The notes under the pieces are model-generated. The model was not told the DNA's origin. It did not search any database and saw only the letters and a list, made by a program, of their open reading frames with translations. Source: an uncultured Acidimicrobiaceae bacterium (GTDB taxonomy: Bacteria > Actinomycetota > Acidimicrobiia > Acidimicrobiales > RAAP-2). From it: a stretch of 64,000 bases of DNA. The stretch lies in the NCBI GenBank assembly GCA_963844615.1, contig CAWJOZ010000001.1, positions 204,577-268,576 of the forward strand, given 5' to 3'. The stretch's first letter is position 1. Every line of letters starts with the position of its first letter. This document shows, piece by piece, positions 1 through 10,205 of this stretch. The position numbers and the translations under genes were made by a program.

Positions 1-2
1 AT

Positions 3-377
3 CTCTTCGAAGGCGTGGAGGACCCGGCCGACGCCGTGCTCAAGATCAACGCCGAGGCGGACGTCATCGCCTTCGATGGTCACTCCGACTACGGCCGGGC
101 GCTGTCGACCTTTCACGATCGCTACGCCCGCTCGCTCACGAAGCGTTCGACCGTCTTGATCTTGGGCGACGCGCGCAACAACTACCACCAGGCGCACGCC
201 GAAGTGCTGGCCGACCTGCACCAGCGGGCCAAGGCCGTCTACTGGTTGAATCCCGAACCCACGACCTACTGGAACAGCGGGGACTCCGTGGTGTCCCAGT
301 ACGCGCCGTACTGTGATCGTGTCATTGAGTGCCGCACGCTGCGCCAACTCGAAACGTTCGTCGGAGAACTCGCGTGA
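3..377 (+). CDS. VWA domain-containing protein, CoxE-like (5' partial)
   Basis: Frame is open from the window edge. Motifs 'HSDYGRAL', 'TVLILGDARNNY' and 'VYWLNPEP..YW.SGDS' are typical of the CoxE-like vWA C-terminus. Confidence 0.75.
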   Translation, partial: LFEGVEDPADAVLKINAEADVIAFDGHSDYGRALSTFHDRYARSLTKRSTVLILGDARNNYHQAHAEVLADLHQRAKAVYWLNPEPTTYWNSGDSVVSQYAPYCDRVIECRTLRQLETFVGELA

Positions 378-1060
378 GCCTCGCCGAACGTCTCCCGCCC
401 GAAGGCTTCCGCCAGCGCGGGCCGCTGCCCACCGGTACGCGACTCGTCTTCATTCGCCACGGTGAGTGCGTCGCCAACGAGCGAGGGCTCGCCGGCGGTC
501 CGATCGGCGATGGCGGGCTGACCGAACTCGGTCGCGCTCAGTCCCGAGCGCTCGCTCGTCGCGTGTCGATCACCAAAGAGCTTCAGGGCGCGCGCGCCTT
601 CTACACCTCGATGCTGCCGCGCGCCATCGAAACCGGTTCGATCGTCTTTAGCGCGATCAATCCCGACCTCTCTGCCCATCGCGAGGAGGACCTGGGCGAG
701 CTGCGCGTGGGTGCGGCCGACGGGCTCACGTGGTCCGAGATCGAAGATCGCTACGAGCTACCCAACTGGGACGTCGATCCTCGTCAGCGCAACGTGCCCG
801 GCGGTGAGTCGCTGATTGAGTTTCACGCGCGCTGCGTGGCCATCATCGATATGATCGTCGCGCGTCACCCCCATGAATTGGTGGTCATCGTCTCGCACGG
901 TGGAGTGATCGAACAGGCCATGAAGATCTACCAGGGTCTCGACGCGTCAGTGCGCCTGCGCCCGCGCATCGAGCATCTGTCGATGACCGAGATCGAGTTT
1001 CACGACGCCGGCATGCGCCTGCTTCGCTACAACGACCTCTCGCCGATCGGCGTGGAGTAA
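374..1060 (+). CDS. histidine phosphatase (phosphoglycerate mutase) family protein
   Basis: RHG motif 'LVFIRHGEC', 'LGELRVG', 'VIVSHGGVI'. GTG start at 374 overlaps the upstream TGA (GTGA). Confidence 0.85.
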   Translation: MSLAERLPPEGFRQRGPLPTGTRLVFIRHGECVANERGLAGGPIGDGGLTELGRAQSRALARRVSITKELQGARAFYTSMLPRAIETGSIVFSAINPDLSAHREEDLGELRVGAADGLTWSEIEDRYELPNWDVDPRQRNVPGGESLIEFHARCVAIIDMIVARHPHELVVIVSHGGVIEQAMKIYQGLDASVRLRPRIEHLSMTEIEFHDAGMRLLRYNDLSPIGVE

Positions 1061-2412
1061 CGCTGGAGGTACTCGGCCACGTGAAAGGCCATGTCCAGGC
1101 TCTGGGTGGCGTTCAGGCGCGGGTCACAGATGGTGGTGTAGTTCACGTCGAGATCCGTTTCGTCGAGACGTGATCCGCCGCCCAGGCACTCGGTGACGTC
1201 ATCACCGGTGAGTTCGATGTGCAGCCCCCCCGGCCACGTGCCGAGTGCTTGGTGCACGAGGAAGAACTGGGAGGTCTCGTTGAGCACGTCATCGAAGTGG
1301 CGCGTTTTTTGACCGCCCGAGGCGACGAAGGTGTTGCCGTGCATCGGATCGCACGTCCACAGTTCGCGGCGACCGTCGTCGCGCAGGGCTTCGACGAGCG
1401 GTGGGAGAAGTTCGCTGATGCGCTGATGTCCCATGCGTGAGATCAGCGTGAGGCGACCCGGCACATTCTGTGGGTTCAGCACGTCAACGAGGCGTCGCAG
1501 TTCATCGACGCCCATGGACGGCCCGACCTTGAGTCCGAGAGGATTGGATACCCCTCGCAGAAAGTTGACGTGAGCGCCGTCGAGCTGACGCGTGCGATCG
1601 CCGATCCACAACAAGTGGGCCGAGCAGTCGTACCAGTCGCCGGTGAGTGAGTCGCGCCGCGTGAGGGCCTGCTCGTAGTTGAGGATGAGGGCCTCGTGAC
1701 TGGTGTAGAAATCCACGGCCTGCAACGCCTGATCATCGGCCAGGTCGATGCCGCACGCCTTCATGAACGCGAGGGCGCGCTCGATCTCGTCCGCGATGAC
1801 CTCGTAGCGCTTGCCCTCGAGAGAGTTGGCGACGAACTCCTGGTTCCACGCGTGCACGCGACTGAGCGCGGCGTAGCCACCCGTCGTAAAGGCGCGCAGC
1901 AAGTTGAGCGTCGAGACGCTCTGGTGGTAGGCGGCGAGGAGTCGCTCGGGGTCCGCTCGACGCGCCTCGGCGTTGAACTCCTCGGAGTTGACGATGTGAC
2001 CGCGAAAGGCGGGAAAACGTTCGCCGCCGCGTTCTTCGAACTCGTCAGTGCGGGGCTTGGCGAACTGGCCGGCGATGCGTCCGACTTTGATGACCGGCAC
2101 ACCCGCGGCGTAGGTGAGGGCGACGGCCATCTGCAAGATGACTTTCAACTTGTCGCGGATCGCGTCGGCGGACCCTTCGTGGAAGGACTCCGCGCAGTCG
2201 CCCGCCTGGAGAAGAAACGCCTTACCATCAGCCACTTGAGCCAGTTGGTCTTGGAGGCGTCGGGCTTCTCCGGCAAACACCAGCGGCGGCTTGGTGGCGA
2301 GCTCGGCTTCCACCCGCGCCAAGTGCTCGGCGTCGGGCCACGTCGGACTCTGAGCCGCAGAAAACTCGCGCCAACGTCCGGGGGTCCACTCGAAGGATGG
2401 TGTCTCCATCAA
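1027..2412 (-). CDS. class II 3-deoxy-7-phosphoheptulonate (DAHP) synthase
   Basis: Motifs '[12 protein letters not shown]', '[13 protein letters not shown]', 'LWIGDRTRQ', 'CDPMHGNT', 'CDPRLNA'. Start is 2412 (TTG) or 2409 (ATG). Confidence 0.95.
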   Translation of the reverse strand: MMETPSFEWTPGRWREFSAAQSPTWPDAEHLARVEAELATKPPLVFAGEARRLQDQLAQVADGKAFLLQAGDCAESFHEGSADAIRDKLKVILQMAVALTYAAGVPVIKVGRIAGQFAKPRTDEFEERGGERFPAFRGHIVNSEEFNAEARRADPERLLAAYHQSVSTLNLLRAFTTGGYAALSRVHAWNQEFVANSLEGKRYEVIADEIERALAFMKACGIDLADDQALQAVDFYTSHEALILNYEQALTRRDSLTGDWYDCSAHLLWIGDRTRQLDGAHVNFLRGVSNPLGLKVGPSMGVDELRRLVDVLNPQNVPGRLTLISRMGHQRISELLPPLVEALRDDGRRELWTCDPMHGNTFVASGGQKTRHFDDVLNETSQFFLVHQALGTWPGGLHIELTGDDVTECLGGGSRLDETDLDVNYTTICDPRLNATQSLDMAFHVAEYLQRYSTPIGERSL

Positions 2413-2464
2413 ACAAGACTAAGGGCTCGGGGAACCAGCGATCAATCGCACCTAGGATTCGGCG

Positions 2465-3029
2465 GTGCGCGATCGTCATCTGGGCCTCTTTGGGGGCACG
2501 TTCGACCCGCCGCACCTGGGACATGTGGCCGCCTTGCGGGCGGCGTCGTCCAGCGGGCGCTTCGATCGCGTCGTGGTCACGGTGGCGGGTCAGCCGTATC
2601 GCAAGGGACTCGATGTACTGCCGGCCGACGTACGCCTCGCGATGGCGCACGCGGCCTTCGACGATATTGCGCTGGTGGAGGTCTCGGACATGGGAGATCC
2701 GTCGCCAAGGTCCCAGTTACACGATCGACACGGTACGTGAACTTCTCGTGAACTCAGAAGCGGTTGACCTGATCGTGGGGGCTGATCTCGCCTGGCAACT
2801 GAACGAGTGGCACGAGGCCGACGAGTTATGTCAACTTGTCCAAGTCGGCGTGGTGCCGCGCCCCGGTTCATCGAGTCAACCACCCAGGGGATGGCGGCAC
2901 TACGAAATTGATATGCAGCCGGTCGATCTGTCGAGTACGTTCATACGTGACATGTCACTGAGCGACAAGGATCTGAAGAACTACCTGCCCGAGAGTGTTA
3001 TTCCTCTCTACGTCAAGGCCCGAGGCTAG
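2465..3029 (+). pseudogene. nadD: nicotinate-nucleotide adenylyltransferase, split by a +1 frameshift near 2691 (probably a sequencing indel)
   Basis: N-half 'GLFGGTFDPPHLGH' in one frame; C-half 'GPSYTIDTVREL..IVGAD..W..SSTFIR' in another. Removing one G from ATGGGAG restores a 187-aa ORF (span 565 = 3n+1). Confidence 0.9.
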
Positions 3030-3039
3030 AGTCGAAGCA

Positions 3040-3216
3040 ATGGCAGTTCGGTTGTTTGACCTGAGCGAGGCGCAGTCGACACGACTGGACTCTCTCGAAG
3101 CCGCTCCGCGACGTCAACACGTGCGCCGAACCAAACAGCGCTACGCAGTTCTCGGCATCGTAGTGACCTCCATTCCCTTCTTTACTGCGCTCATCGTTCT
3201 AGGGACGTCGCACTGA
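3040..3216 (+). CDS. small hypothetical membrane protein (58 aa, one C-terminal TM helix)
   Basis: ATG at 3040. Basic stretch followed by hydrophobic 'YAVLGIVVTSIPFFTALIVLG'. Fills the nadD-rsfS gap on the same strand. Confidence 0.55.
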   Translation: MAVRLFDLSEAQSTRLDSLEAAPRRQHVRRTKQRYAVLGIVVTSIPFFTALIVLGTSH

Positions 3217-3224
3217 GTGACACG

Positions 3225-3614
3225 GTGACGAGCGGCGAGCTGTCTCGCGGCACTTACTCCACCTACGTGACGCTGCTGCTGAACGCGACGGTCGTGGCGA
3301 GCGAAGAAAAACTCGGCGTCGACACCGTCATCTTGGACCTGCGCGAACTCGTGGACGCCTTCGACGCGCTCGTGATCACGTCGGGGCGTAACGACCGCCA
3401 GGTGCGCGCGATCGCTGATGAGATTGAGCGTCTCGTCGAGGTCGCCCTGGGCGTCAAGCCCAACCACGTCGAGGGTCTGGACAGCGCCCAGTGGGTCGCG
3501 CTTGACTACGGCGACGTCATCGTGCACGTGTTCGATGAGAGTTCGCGCGACTACTACGACCTGGAACACCTGTGGAACGCGGCTCCCGCGCTACGCCCCG
3601 CGTCAGCCTCTTAA
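3225..3614 (+). CDS. rsfS: ribosome silencing factor RsfS
   Basis: Motifs 'VITSGRNDRQVRAIADEI', 'WVALDYGDVIVHVF', 'RDYYDLEHLW'. Conserved position after nadD. Confidence 0.93.
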   Translation: MTSGELSRGTYSTYVTLLLNATVVASEEKLGVDTVILDLRELVDAFDALVITSGRNDRQVRAIADEIERLVEVALGVKPNHVEGLDSAQWVALDYGDVIVHVFDESSRDYYDLEHLWNAAPALRPASAS

Positions 3615-4186
3615 GCATTCAACAAACCCTGAAAATCGCTCGGCGTGGCGAGGAGCGTGCGCTTGCCGTTGGGGAGCAGCAGCTCTTGGGGTGTGCCCGC
3701 CACTCGAATCTCCAATCCCTTGGTCGCGTCCACATCGTCGGCGGTGAGAACGAGTTGGCCGACCGCTAGAAGTTGTTGCGAGCGCGGCAGCGACGAGAGC
3801 GACGTCGCAAAGTTGATGTAGCCGGTGTTGTTGACCACGTTGGCCGAGATCACGACGAGTGATTTGGGCAGAGCCGAGGTGTAGCCCGCGGACGTTTCGA
3901 TCTGCGTGGGTCCGAGCAGGAGCTGTTCGACCACGGTGGCGAGCGCGGGTGGCGAGGGCACGATGCGACTCGAGGGCGCTAGGTGTCCCGAGGCGTCCAC
4001 GATGTACACGGGTTGGGTGATGAAGCGCACGCGGGCGTGATTGGTGCCGGGAATCGTGGCGTTCAAGAGGCCGAAGGGCACGTTCTTGGAGGGGATACGA
4101 ATCGCCGCGGAGTTCGGCGTCACCAGGGTGCAACTCGAGAGCGCGAGAGCACCGAGGAGAAGGAGGGGAACAACGCGACGCCTCAC
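3611..4186 (-). CDS. GerMN domain lipoprotein (LpqB-like accessory protein of the two-component system)
   Basis: Lipobox 'LALSSC'; 'LLLGPT..E..GY.SALP', 'INF', 'QLVLT'. Coupled downstream of the kinase. Confidence 0.7.
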   Translation of the reverse strand: MRRRVVPLLLLGALALSSCTLVTPNSAAIRIPSKNVPFGLLNATIPGTNHARVRFITQPVYIVDASGHLAPSSRIVPSPPALATVVEQLLLGPTQIETSAGYTSALPKSLVVISANVVNNTGYINFATSLSSLPRSQQLLAVGQLVLTADDVDATKGLEIRVAGTPQELLLPNGKRTLLATPSDFQGLLNA

Positions 4187-5574
4187 TCGTCCACCTCGTC
4201 GTGGCAGGGGAGCACAATCTGAAAGCGAGCGCCACCTTCGGGGCTCTCCGTGACACGAATGGTGCCGCCGAAGGCGCGCACGTGGTCGCGCACCAGCGCA
4301 AGACCGAGTCCCGTACCGCGAGACATCCCACGGTCGTGGGCCGCGCGACCCCGAAAGAAACGCTCGAAGACGGCCTCACGTTCATCGGCGGGAACGCCCG
4401 AGCCCGCGTCATCGACGTTGATGGCGAGGAGGTGGCCCTCCACGTCGATGCGAACCTCGCTCGTCCCACCCGCGTAGTAGTGGGCGTTGTCGATGAGATT
4501 GGCGATGACGCGTTCAAAGCGGCGCCGGTCCACCGAGACGACTGGCGAAATGACCGACGCACCGACGCTGACGGGAGGCTCGGCCAGCCCGTGACGTCGC
4601 GCCGAAGAGCGAACCGACTGTCGTACCAGTTCGACCGCGTTCACCGACTCGATGACCAGGGGAACAGCGCCCGCGTCGCTGCGGGCCATTTCGAGAAGGT
4701 CTTCGACTAGGGACTGGAAAATCGATAGGTCAGCGGTCAAAAGATCGAGGCTCTCTTGGCCCGCGGCAGAGAGCTCGCTGCGGTGCTGTTGAAGAACGCT
4801 CGACGTCGTCGCGAGCGTCGTGAGGGGCGAGCGCAGCTCGTGACTGACGTCACTGGCAAATCGCGCGTCGCGCTCTAAGCGATCCACCAGTTGGCCGACC
4901 ATCTCATTGAAGGACTCGGTCAGCTGTTGCACTTCGCGGTCGGCGTTCGTGACCTCGAGTCGCGTCGAAAGATTACCCTCGGCGATCGCGGCCGCCGCGT
5001 GCGAGACCCGCGCCAGAGGCTGGACTGCTCGTCGCGCTACCCATAGCCCGCCCGCGATGCCCAGGAGCGACGTCGCAAGGGCCCCCAGTAAGAGGTTGTG
5101 CAGGAGCGTGTCGAGGGATCCCTCGAGTGAAGCCATCGGGAACACCTCGAAGAACTGCGTTTGGACGGCGGGAATGGGCACGCCCACCACGAAGTTGAGC
5201 TCGCCGTTTATCTTGACGATCTGGGCAGTCGCTTCGCCCTTGGCCACGAGTGAGCTGGCGGCCGCGGGCACTTCGCGGCTGGAGGCGCCCTGGCTGGTAG
5301 CGAGGTACTGGCCAAAGGTCTTGACGAGTACGCCCGAGCCCGTGGCGTGTTCGATGGAGTTAACGATGCTTTCGAGGTCCGGGGCCGAGGAGTAGAGGGT
5401 GGAGCGCACGATCTCGGCGTTCTCGTAGCTCTCGTGCAGATCCGTGTGCTGGAGGTCGCTCACCAGTTCGTGGTGAACGCCTTCGTAGGTCAGCGTGGCG
5501 AACAGTGCCGACAGGACGACGGCGCCGAGGCCAAAGGTCAAGAGGAGCCGAAAGCGCAGGCTCCGCTGACGCAT
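4183..5574 (-). CDS. HAMP domain sensor histidine kinase
   Basis: Two TM segments, HAMP domain, H-box 'FASDVSHELRSPLTT', 'NLIDNA', 'DAGSGVP', 'GTGLGLAL'. Confidence 0.93.
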   Translation of the reverse strand: MRQRSLRFRLLLTFGLGAVVLSALFATLTYEGVHHELVSDLQHTDLHESYENAEIVRSTLYSSAPDLESIVNSIEHATGSGVLVKTFGQYLATSQGASSREVPAAASSLVAKGEATAQIVKINGELNFVVGVPIPAVQTQFFEVFPMASLEGSLDTLLHNLLLGALATSLLGIAGGLWVARRAVQPLARVSHAAAAIAEGNLSTRLEVTNADREVQQLTESFNEMVGQLVDRLERDARFASDVSHELRSPLTTLATTSSVLQQHRSELSAAGQESLDLLTADLSIFQSLVEDLLEMARSDAGAVPLVIESVNAVELVRQSVRSSARRHGLAEPPVSVGASVISPVVSVDRRRFERVIANLIDNAHYYAGGTSEVRIDVEGHLLAINVDDAGSGVPADEREAVFERFFRGRAAHDRGMSRGTGLGLALVRDHVRAFGGTIRVTESPEGGARFQIVLPCHDEVDE

Positions 5575-6248
5575 TAGATGACCAGCTTGTAGCCCGTTCC
5601 TCGAACTGTCACGAGGTAGGTGGGACTGGCGGGGTCGGGCTCAATCTTCATGCGCAGGCGCCGAATGTGCACATCCACCAGACGGCTGTCGCCGAAGTAG
5701 TCGTAGCCCCAGACGTGCTCGAGAAGATCTTCGCGTGAGAGCACCTTGCCGTTGGCGGCCGCCAGGTCCGTGAGCAGGCGAAACTCCGTGGAGGTGAGGT
5801 GCAGTTCACTGCCGTCACTGTGACGAACCACCCCTTCGTCGGGGATCACGTGGAGTTCACCCAGTTGAAACGCGTGCGTACTCTTGTCGGGGCGCCTTCG
5901 AAGGTGCGCGCGCACCCGTGCCAGAAGTTCCTCGGGCACGAAGGGCTTGGTGACGTAGTCGTCCGCCCCGGACTCGAGGCCGAGAACGACGTCGACCGTT
6001 TCGTCGCGCGCCGAGACGATAACAATGGGCACGTCGCTCGTCGCGCGCAGGGCCTCACAGGTTTGAAAGCCCGTCATCCCCGGCAGCATCACGTCTACGA
6101 TGGCGACGTCCGAGGTCATGCGCGAAAACAGCGCGACGCCGAGTTCTCCCGTGGCCGCGTCGTCCACGCTGAAACCCTCTCCCTCGAACATGAGTCGCAA
6201 CGCGGTGCGAATGTGGTCGTCATCTTCGACGATCAAAATACGAGACAT
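5574..6248 (-). CDS. OmpR-family response regulator (MtrA/RegX3-like)
   Basis: 'ILIVEDD', 'DVMLPG', 'GADDYVTKPF', wHTH 'VDVHIRRLR', 'VRGTGYK'. ATG at 6248 with RBS GAAGGAG. Confidence 0.93.
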   Translation of the reverse strand: MSRILIVEDDDHIRTALRLMFEGEGFSVDDAATGELGVALFSRMTSDVAIVDVMLPGMTGFQTCEALRATSDVPIVIVSARDETVDVVLGLESGADDYVTKPFVPEELLARVRAHLRRRPDKSTHAFQLGELHVIPDEGVVRHSDGSELHLTSTEFRLLTDLAAANGKVLSREDLLEHVWGYDYFGDSRLVDVHIRRLRMKIEPDPASPTYLVTVRGTGYKLVI

Positions 6249-6319
6249 CGACACTCCTTCAGACTCCGCCAAGACTACTGAAGCCCGTGGTAGGAACCGA
6301 CAATCACTAGCCTGGAGGG

Positions 6320-7228
6320 GTGTCGGCCGTGACTTTGAGCCCGCGCACCGCGAGGCGGTGGCGTCTTGACGGGTACGTCGAGACCCTCCAGGCCCTCGAT
6401 CGCTCACCGGCCACGACCCGCAGTTACTTAAGCGACCTGCGGGCCTTTGTCGCGTGGGCGGAAGGCCGCGACCGCCTGGATCCTTCGAGCGTGACTAAGC
6501 GCGATCTTCGCGACTACATGGTCTTCATGACGAGTCGCGGTGATGAGCGCAGTTCGGTCCTGCGACGACGCGCGTCGTTGCGCAGTTACTTCGCGTGGCT
6601 CTTCGAGCGAGGGCACACCGAGAGCAATCCCGCAGCGCGCCTGCTCGCCCCCAAGGCGACCCACCGCCTGCCCACGATCGTGGTGCGCGAGCAGCTCGAA
6701 GACCTGCTGGACGACGACTGGGGCGAAGACGAGTGGGCCGTGCTGGATCGTGCGGTGTGCGAGGTGCTCTACGGCGCGGGACTGCGGGTCTCGGAACTGT
6801 GCGGGCTGGATCTGGACAGCGTTGATTTTTCGAGTGGCCTCATCCGCGTCTTGGGCAAGGGGCGCAAGGAGCGGCTCGTGCCCCTGCATCGCAAGGCGCT
6901 CGAGGCGATTCGGCTGTGGGTCGATGACGCGCGCGACGACGTGCGCAAGGACGACTCGCCGCCCGAGGCGCTCTTCTTCAACCGACGCGGTCGTCGTTTG
7001 GGCTCGCGCGACGTGCGGCGCATCCTTGATCATCGAGTGTCCCAGGGACACGTGTATCCCCACGCGCTTCGCCACACCTTCGCCACCCATCTCGTCGAGG
7101 GCGGCGCCGACCTGCGCGTGGTTCAAGAGCTCCTCGGCCACGAGAACTTAAAGACGACCCAGATCTACACCCACGTCTCGAAGTCGCGTCTCCAGAACGT
7201 GCACCACGAGACCCACCCGCGGGGCTAG
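6320..7228 (+). CDS. xerC: tyrosine recombinase XerC-like
   Basis: Catalytic motifs 'GLRVSEL', 'GKGRKER', '[10 protein letters not shown]', 'LGH', 'TQIY'. Conserved position upstream of rpsB. Alternative start GTG 6329. Confidence 0.85.
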   Translation: MSAVTLSPRTARRWRLDGYVETLQALDRSPATTRSYLSDLRAFVAWAEGRDRLDPSSVTKRDLRDYMVFMTSRGDERSSVLRRRASLRSYFAWLFERGHTESNPAARLLAPKATHRLPTIVVREQLEDLLDDDWGEDEWAVLDRAVCEVLYGAGLRVSELCGLDLDSVDFSSGLIRVLGKGRKERLVPLHRKALEAIRLWVDDARDDVRKDDSPPEALFFNRRGRRLGSRDVRRILDHRVSQGHVYPHALRHTFATHLVEGGADLRVVQELLGHENLKTTQIYTHVSKSRLQNVHHETHPRG

Positions 7229-7249
7229 GGCGCAGGTCCGGTACACTAG

Positions 7250-7360
7250 ACGGGCTCTCTCAGAGTGGGGGAGCACTGAGTTGTCCTCGCGGTTTCGTAC
7301 GGTCGCCCTTCGGGGTGCTCCCGCGGGGTTGAAGCAACCATACGAAAGGAAAATCTGATC
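7250..7360 (+). promoter_or_regulatory. structured rpsB 5' leader (candidate S2 autoregulatory element)
   Basis: -10-like TACACT just upstream. Stems GGGAGCAC(7269-76)/GTGCTCCC(7315-22) and CCTCGCGG(7285-92)/CCGCGGGG(7321-28), plus a C-UUCG-G hairpin at 7304-17. Confidence 0.4.
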
Positions 7361-8098
7361 GTGGCACTCGTCACACTGCAGGAACTGTTGGACTCGGGCG
7401 TGCACTTCGGGCACCAGACCCGCCGGTGGAACCCCAAGATGCGTCGCTTCATTCTCGGCGAGCGCAACGGGATCTACCTCATCGATCTACGCAAGACCCT
7501 CGCGGGCATCGAAACCAGTTACGCCTTCGTGCGCGACCTGGTGGCGGGCGGCGGCGTGATCCTCTTCGTGGGGACCAAGAAGCAGACCCAGGGCCCCATC
7601 GAGGACTACGCCAAGGCCTGCGGCATGCCCTTCGTGAACCAGCGGTGGCTGGGCGGGATGCTCACGAACTTCTCGACCGTCGCCGGTCGCGTGAAGCGAC
7701 TTATCGAACTGCGCGCCATGGAGCGCGCCGGCGACTTCGCCAACATGCCCAAGCGCGAGGCGCTGCGCCACAGTCGTGAGCTCGAGAAGTTGGACCGCAA
7801 CTTGAGCGGTATCGCTAACCTCGATCGCGTCCCCGACGCCATCTTCGTGATCGACACGAAGAAGGAGCACATCGCCGTCACCGAAGCCAAGAAGCTCGGC
7901 CTGCCCGTCGTCGCAGTGGTGGACACGAACTGTGACCCCGACGTCATCGACTACGTGATTCCCGGCAACGACGATGCCATCCGGGCGGGCTCGCTTCTGT
8001 GCCGCCTGATGGCTGACGCGGTCACCGAAGGACGTTTTATCCGCCAGAACCGGCCCGCGGTCACGGTCACTCCATCGACCAACGCCGCGAGCGCCTGA
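7361..8098 (+). CDS. rpsB: 30S ribosomal protein S2
   Basis: '[19 protein letters not shown]', '[10 protein letters not shown]', 'PGNDDAIRA'. Confidence 0.98.
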   Translation: MALVTLQELLDSGVHFGHQTRRWNPKMRRFILGERNGIYLIDLRKTLAGIETSYAFVRDLVAGGGVILFVGTKKQTQGPIEDYAKACGMPFVNQRWLGGMLTNFSTVAGRVKRLIELRAMERAGDFANMPKREALRHSRELEKLDRNLSGIANLDRVPDAIFVIDTKKEHIAVTEAKKLGLPVVAVVDTNCDPDVIDYVIPGNDDAIRAGSLLCRLMADAVTEGRFIRQNRPAVTVTPSTNAASA

Positions 8099-8126
8099 GA
8101 CACCGACTCGAAGAGGAGACTTCAAG

Positions 8127-8918
8127 GTGACGATCACCGCCAAGGACGTACAGAACCTGCGCCAAGCAACCGGCGTAGGGATGATGGATGCCAAGAGAGC
8201 GCTCGAAGAATCAGACGGCGACATGGAAGCCGCAATCAGATTGCTGCGCATCCAGGGCCTCGCCTCCGCCGAAAAGCGAGCGAGTCGCGAGGCAAGCGAA
8301 GGCGCGGTCGCGGTGGTTCGTGACGGCAACGTCGCGGCCATCGTGGAGCTGCGCTGCGAGACGGACTTCGTCGCCAAGTCACAGGATTTCGTGGCGATGG
8401 CTGACGAGATCGCTGCCGCGGTCGTCGCCGACGGCGATCAGTCCATCGCCCACTTCAAAGAGAACATCGATGTGATGTTGACGACGCTCAAGGAGAACAT
8501 CTCCGTCGGTCGCGTCTATCGCCTGGAGGCCGATCCCGGCGAAGTCATTGACACCTACCAGCACATTCAAGCGAATCGTGGTGTGAACGCCGTGATCGTG
8601 GTCGTGAAGGGCGCCAGCGAAGAAGTCGCCCACGAGATCGCACTGCACATCGCCTTTGCCAAGCCGGAGTACCTCAGCCGCGACGATGTGCCCGCGGAGG
8701 CGGTTGACGCCGAGCGAAAGACCATCGAGGAGATCACTCGCAACGAAGGCAAGCCCGAAGCGGCGATCCCCAAGATCCTCGAAGGTCGACTCAATGGTTG
8801 GTACAAGGACCGGGTCTTGTTGGATCAGCCCTACGTGCAGGACGAAAAAGAAACGGTGGCTCAGTTCTTGAAGGGTGCGACAATAACCGCGTACGCTCAA
8901 GTTGTCATCGGGGGATAG
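8127..8918 (+). CDS. tsf: translation elongation factor Ts
   Basis: 'VQNLRQATGVGMMDAKRAL', 'VELRCETDFVAK'. Follows rpsB. Confidence 0.97.
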   Translation: MTITAKDVQNLRQATGVGMMDAKRALEESDGDMEAAIRLLRIQGLASAEKRASREASEGAVAVVRDGNVAAIVELRCETDFVAKSQDFVAMADEIAAAVVADGDQSIAHFKENIDVMLTTLKENISVGRVYRLEADPGEVIDTYQHIQANRGVNAVIVVVKGASEEVAHEIALHIAFAKPEYLSRDDVPAEAVDAERKTIEEITRNEGKPEAAIPKILEGRLNGWYKDRVLLDQPYVQDEKETVAQFLKGATITAYAQVVIGG

Positions 8919-8925
8919 GACAATC

Positions 8926-9636
8926 GTGCGTCGAATGGTCTTAAAGCTCTCGGGCGAAGCGTTGGCTTCGGCCGCGAGTGACGAAACCATTGACGCGTCG
9001 ACTGTTGACTTTCTCGCCATTGAGATCGCCGCGGCTATGGAACGCGGCGGACTTGAACTGGCGGTCGTGGTCGGCGGCGGCAACATCTGGCGGGGCGCAA
9101 CCGGTGAACTCGCCGGGATGAACCGTGCGAACTCCGACCTCATGGGCATGTTGGGCACGGTCATCAACGCGCTCGCCCTGCAAGACGCGATCGAGAATCA
9201 TGGACGTCCGACTCGCGTGATGTCGGCGATCGATATGAACCAGGTCGCCGAGCCCTACATTCGCCGTCGAGCGGTGCGTCACCTGGAGAAAGGGCGCGTC
9301 GTCATCTTCGCCGCTGGCATGGGCAATCCGTACTTCACCACCGACACGCCCGCCGCCCAGCGCGCGGCCGAGGTCGAGGCCGAGATCGTCTTGAAGGGCA
9401 CCCACGGCGGCGTTGACGGCGTTTACGACGAGGACCCGCGCGTCAATCCCAGCGCCCACAAGTTCGTGGAGATCTCCTTCGATGAGGTGATCGCGAGAAA
9501 CTTGCGCGTCATGGATATGACCGCGATCACGTTCTGCAAAGACAACAATCTGCCGATCCGCGTTTTCGACCTGATGGCCGAAGGGAACCTCGGGCGCGCC
9601 CTCGACGGTGCGCCCGTCGGTACGCTGGTGAAGTAA
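8926..9636 (+). CDS. pyrH: uridylate kinase
   Basis: 'VLKLSGEAL', 'VVVGGGNIWRG', 'GNPYFTTDT', 'VMDMTA'. GTG at 8926 preferred over TTG at 8902. Confidence 0.97.
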   Translation: MRRMVLKLSGEALASAASDETIDASTVDFLAIEIAAAMERGGLELAVVVGGGNIWRGATGELAGMNRANSDLMGMLGTVINALALQDAIENHGRPTRVMSAIDMNQVAEPYIRRRAVRHLEKGRVVIFAAGMGNPYFTTDTPAAQRAAEVEAEIVLKGTHGGVDGVYDEDPRVNPSAHKFVEISFDEVIARNLRVMDMTAITFCKDNNLPIRVFDLMAEGNLGRALDGAPVGTLVK

Positions 9637-10205
9637 TGGAGAACGAACTCGTCGACTTGGTGATGGACGACACCCGCGAGAAAATGGCACGCGCGATCGA
9701 GCACCTCAAGGTCGAGTTCGCCACCGTTCGCACGGGTCGGGCCACTTCGTCGCTCGTCGACGGCCTGCTCATCGAGTACTACGGCACCGAGACCCCCCTC
9801 AAGCAGCTCGCGAACTTTTCGGTACCCGAGCCGCGCCTGCTCGTCGTCTCTCCGTTCGACAAGTCGTCGATCCCCGCGATTGAAAAGGCGATCGGGAACG
9901 CGAATCTCGGACTGACCCCCTCGAGTGACGGTCAGGTCATTCGACTGAACTTTCCGGCCCTCACCGAAGAGCGCCGTCGCGACTTTGTCAAGATCGTCAA
10001 GACCAAGGCCGAGGAAGGTCGGGTGGCCCTGCGCGGGGTGCGACGTCACGCGCGTCAGGAACTCGAGAACTTAGAGAAGGAAGAGAGTCTCTCGAGTGAC
10101 GAGATCGAGCGACTCGAAAAGATCTTGGACAAGATGACCCACGACGAAGTCGCCATGGTGGATGAGCTGTTGGCCCATAAGGAGCAGGAACTTCTTGAAG
10201 TCTGA
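9636..10205 (+). CDS. frr: ribosome recycling factor
   Basis: 'VRTGRA', 'YYGTETPLKQLA', 'PALTEERRRDFVK'. Confidence 0.97.
   Translation: MENELVDLVMDDTREKMARAIEHLKVEFATVRTGRATSSLVDGLLIEYYGTETPLKQLANFSVPEPRLLVVSPFDKSSIPAIEKAIGNANLGLTPSSDGQVIRLNFPALTEERRRDFVKIVKTKAEEGRVALRGVRRHARQELENLEKEESLSSDEIERLEKILDKMTHDEVAMVDELLAHKEQELLEV

Noticed and set aside
1027-1060. Convergent 3' overlaps (here 34 nt; also 57649-57665) as antisense regulation
   Set aside because: Short convergent overlaps are common in compact high-GC genomes.
6320-7228. Tyrosine recombinase as a prophage or island integrase
   Set aside because: Its size, motifs and position before rpsB-tsf match chromosomal XerC; no att sites or mobile cargo are adjacent.
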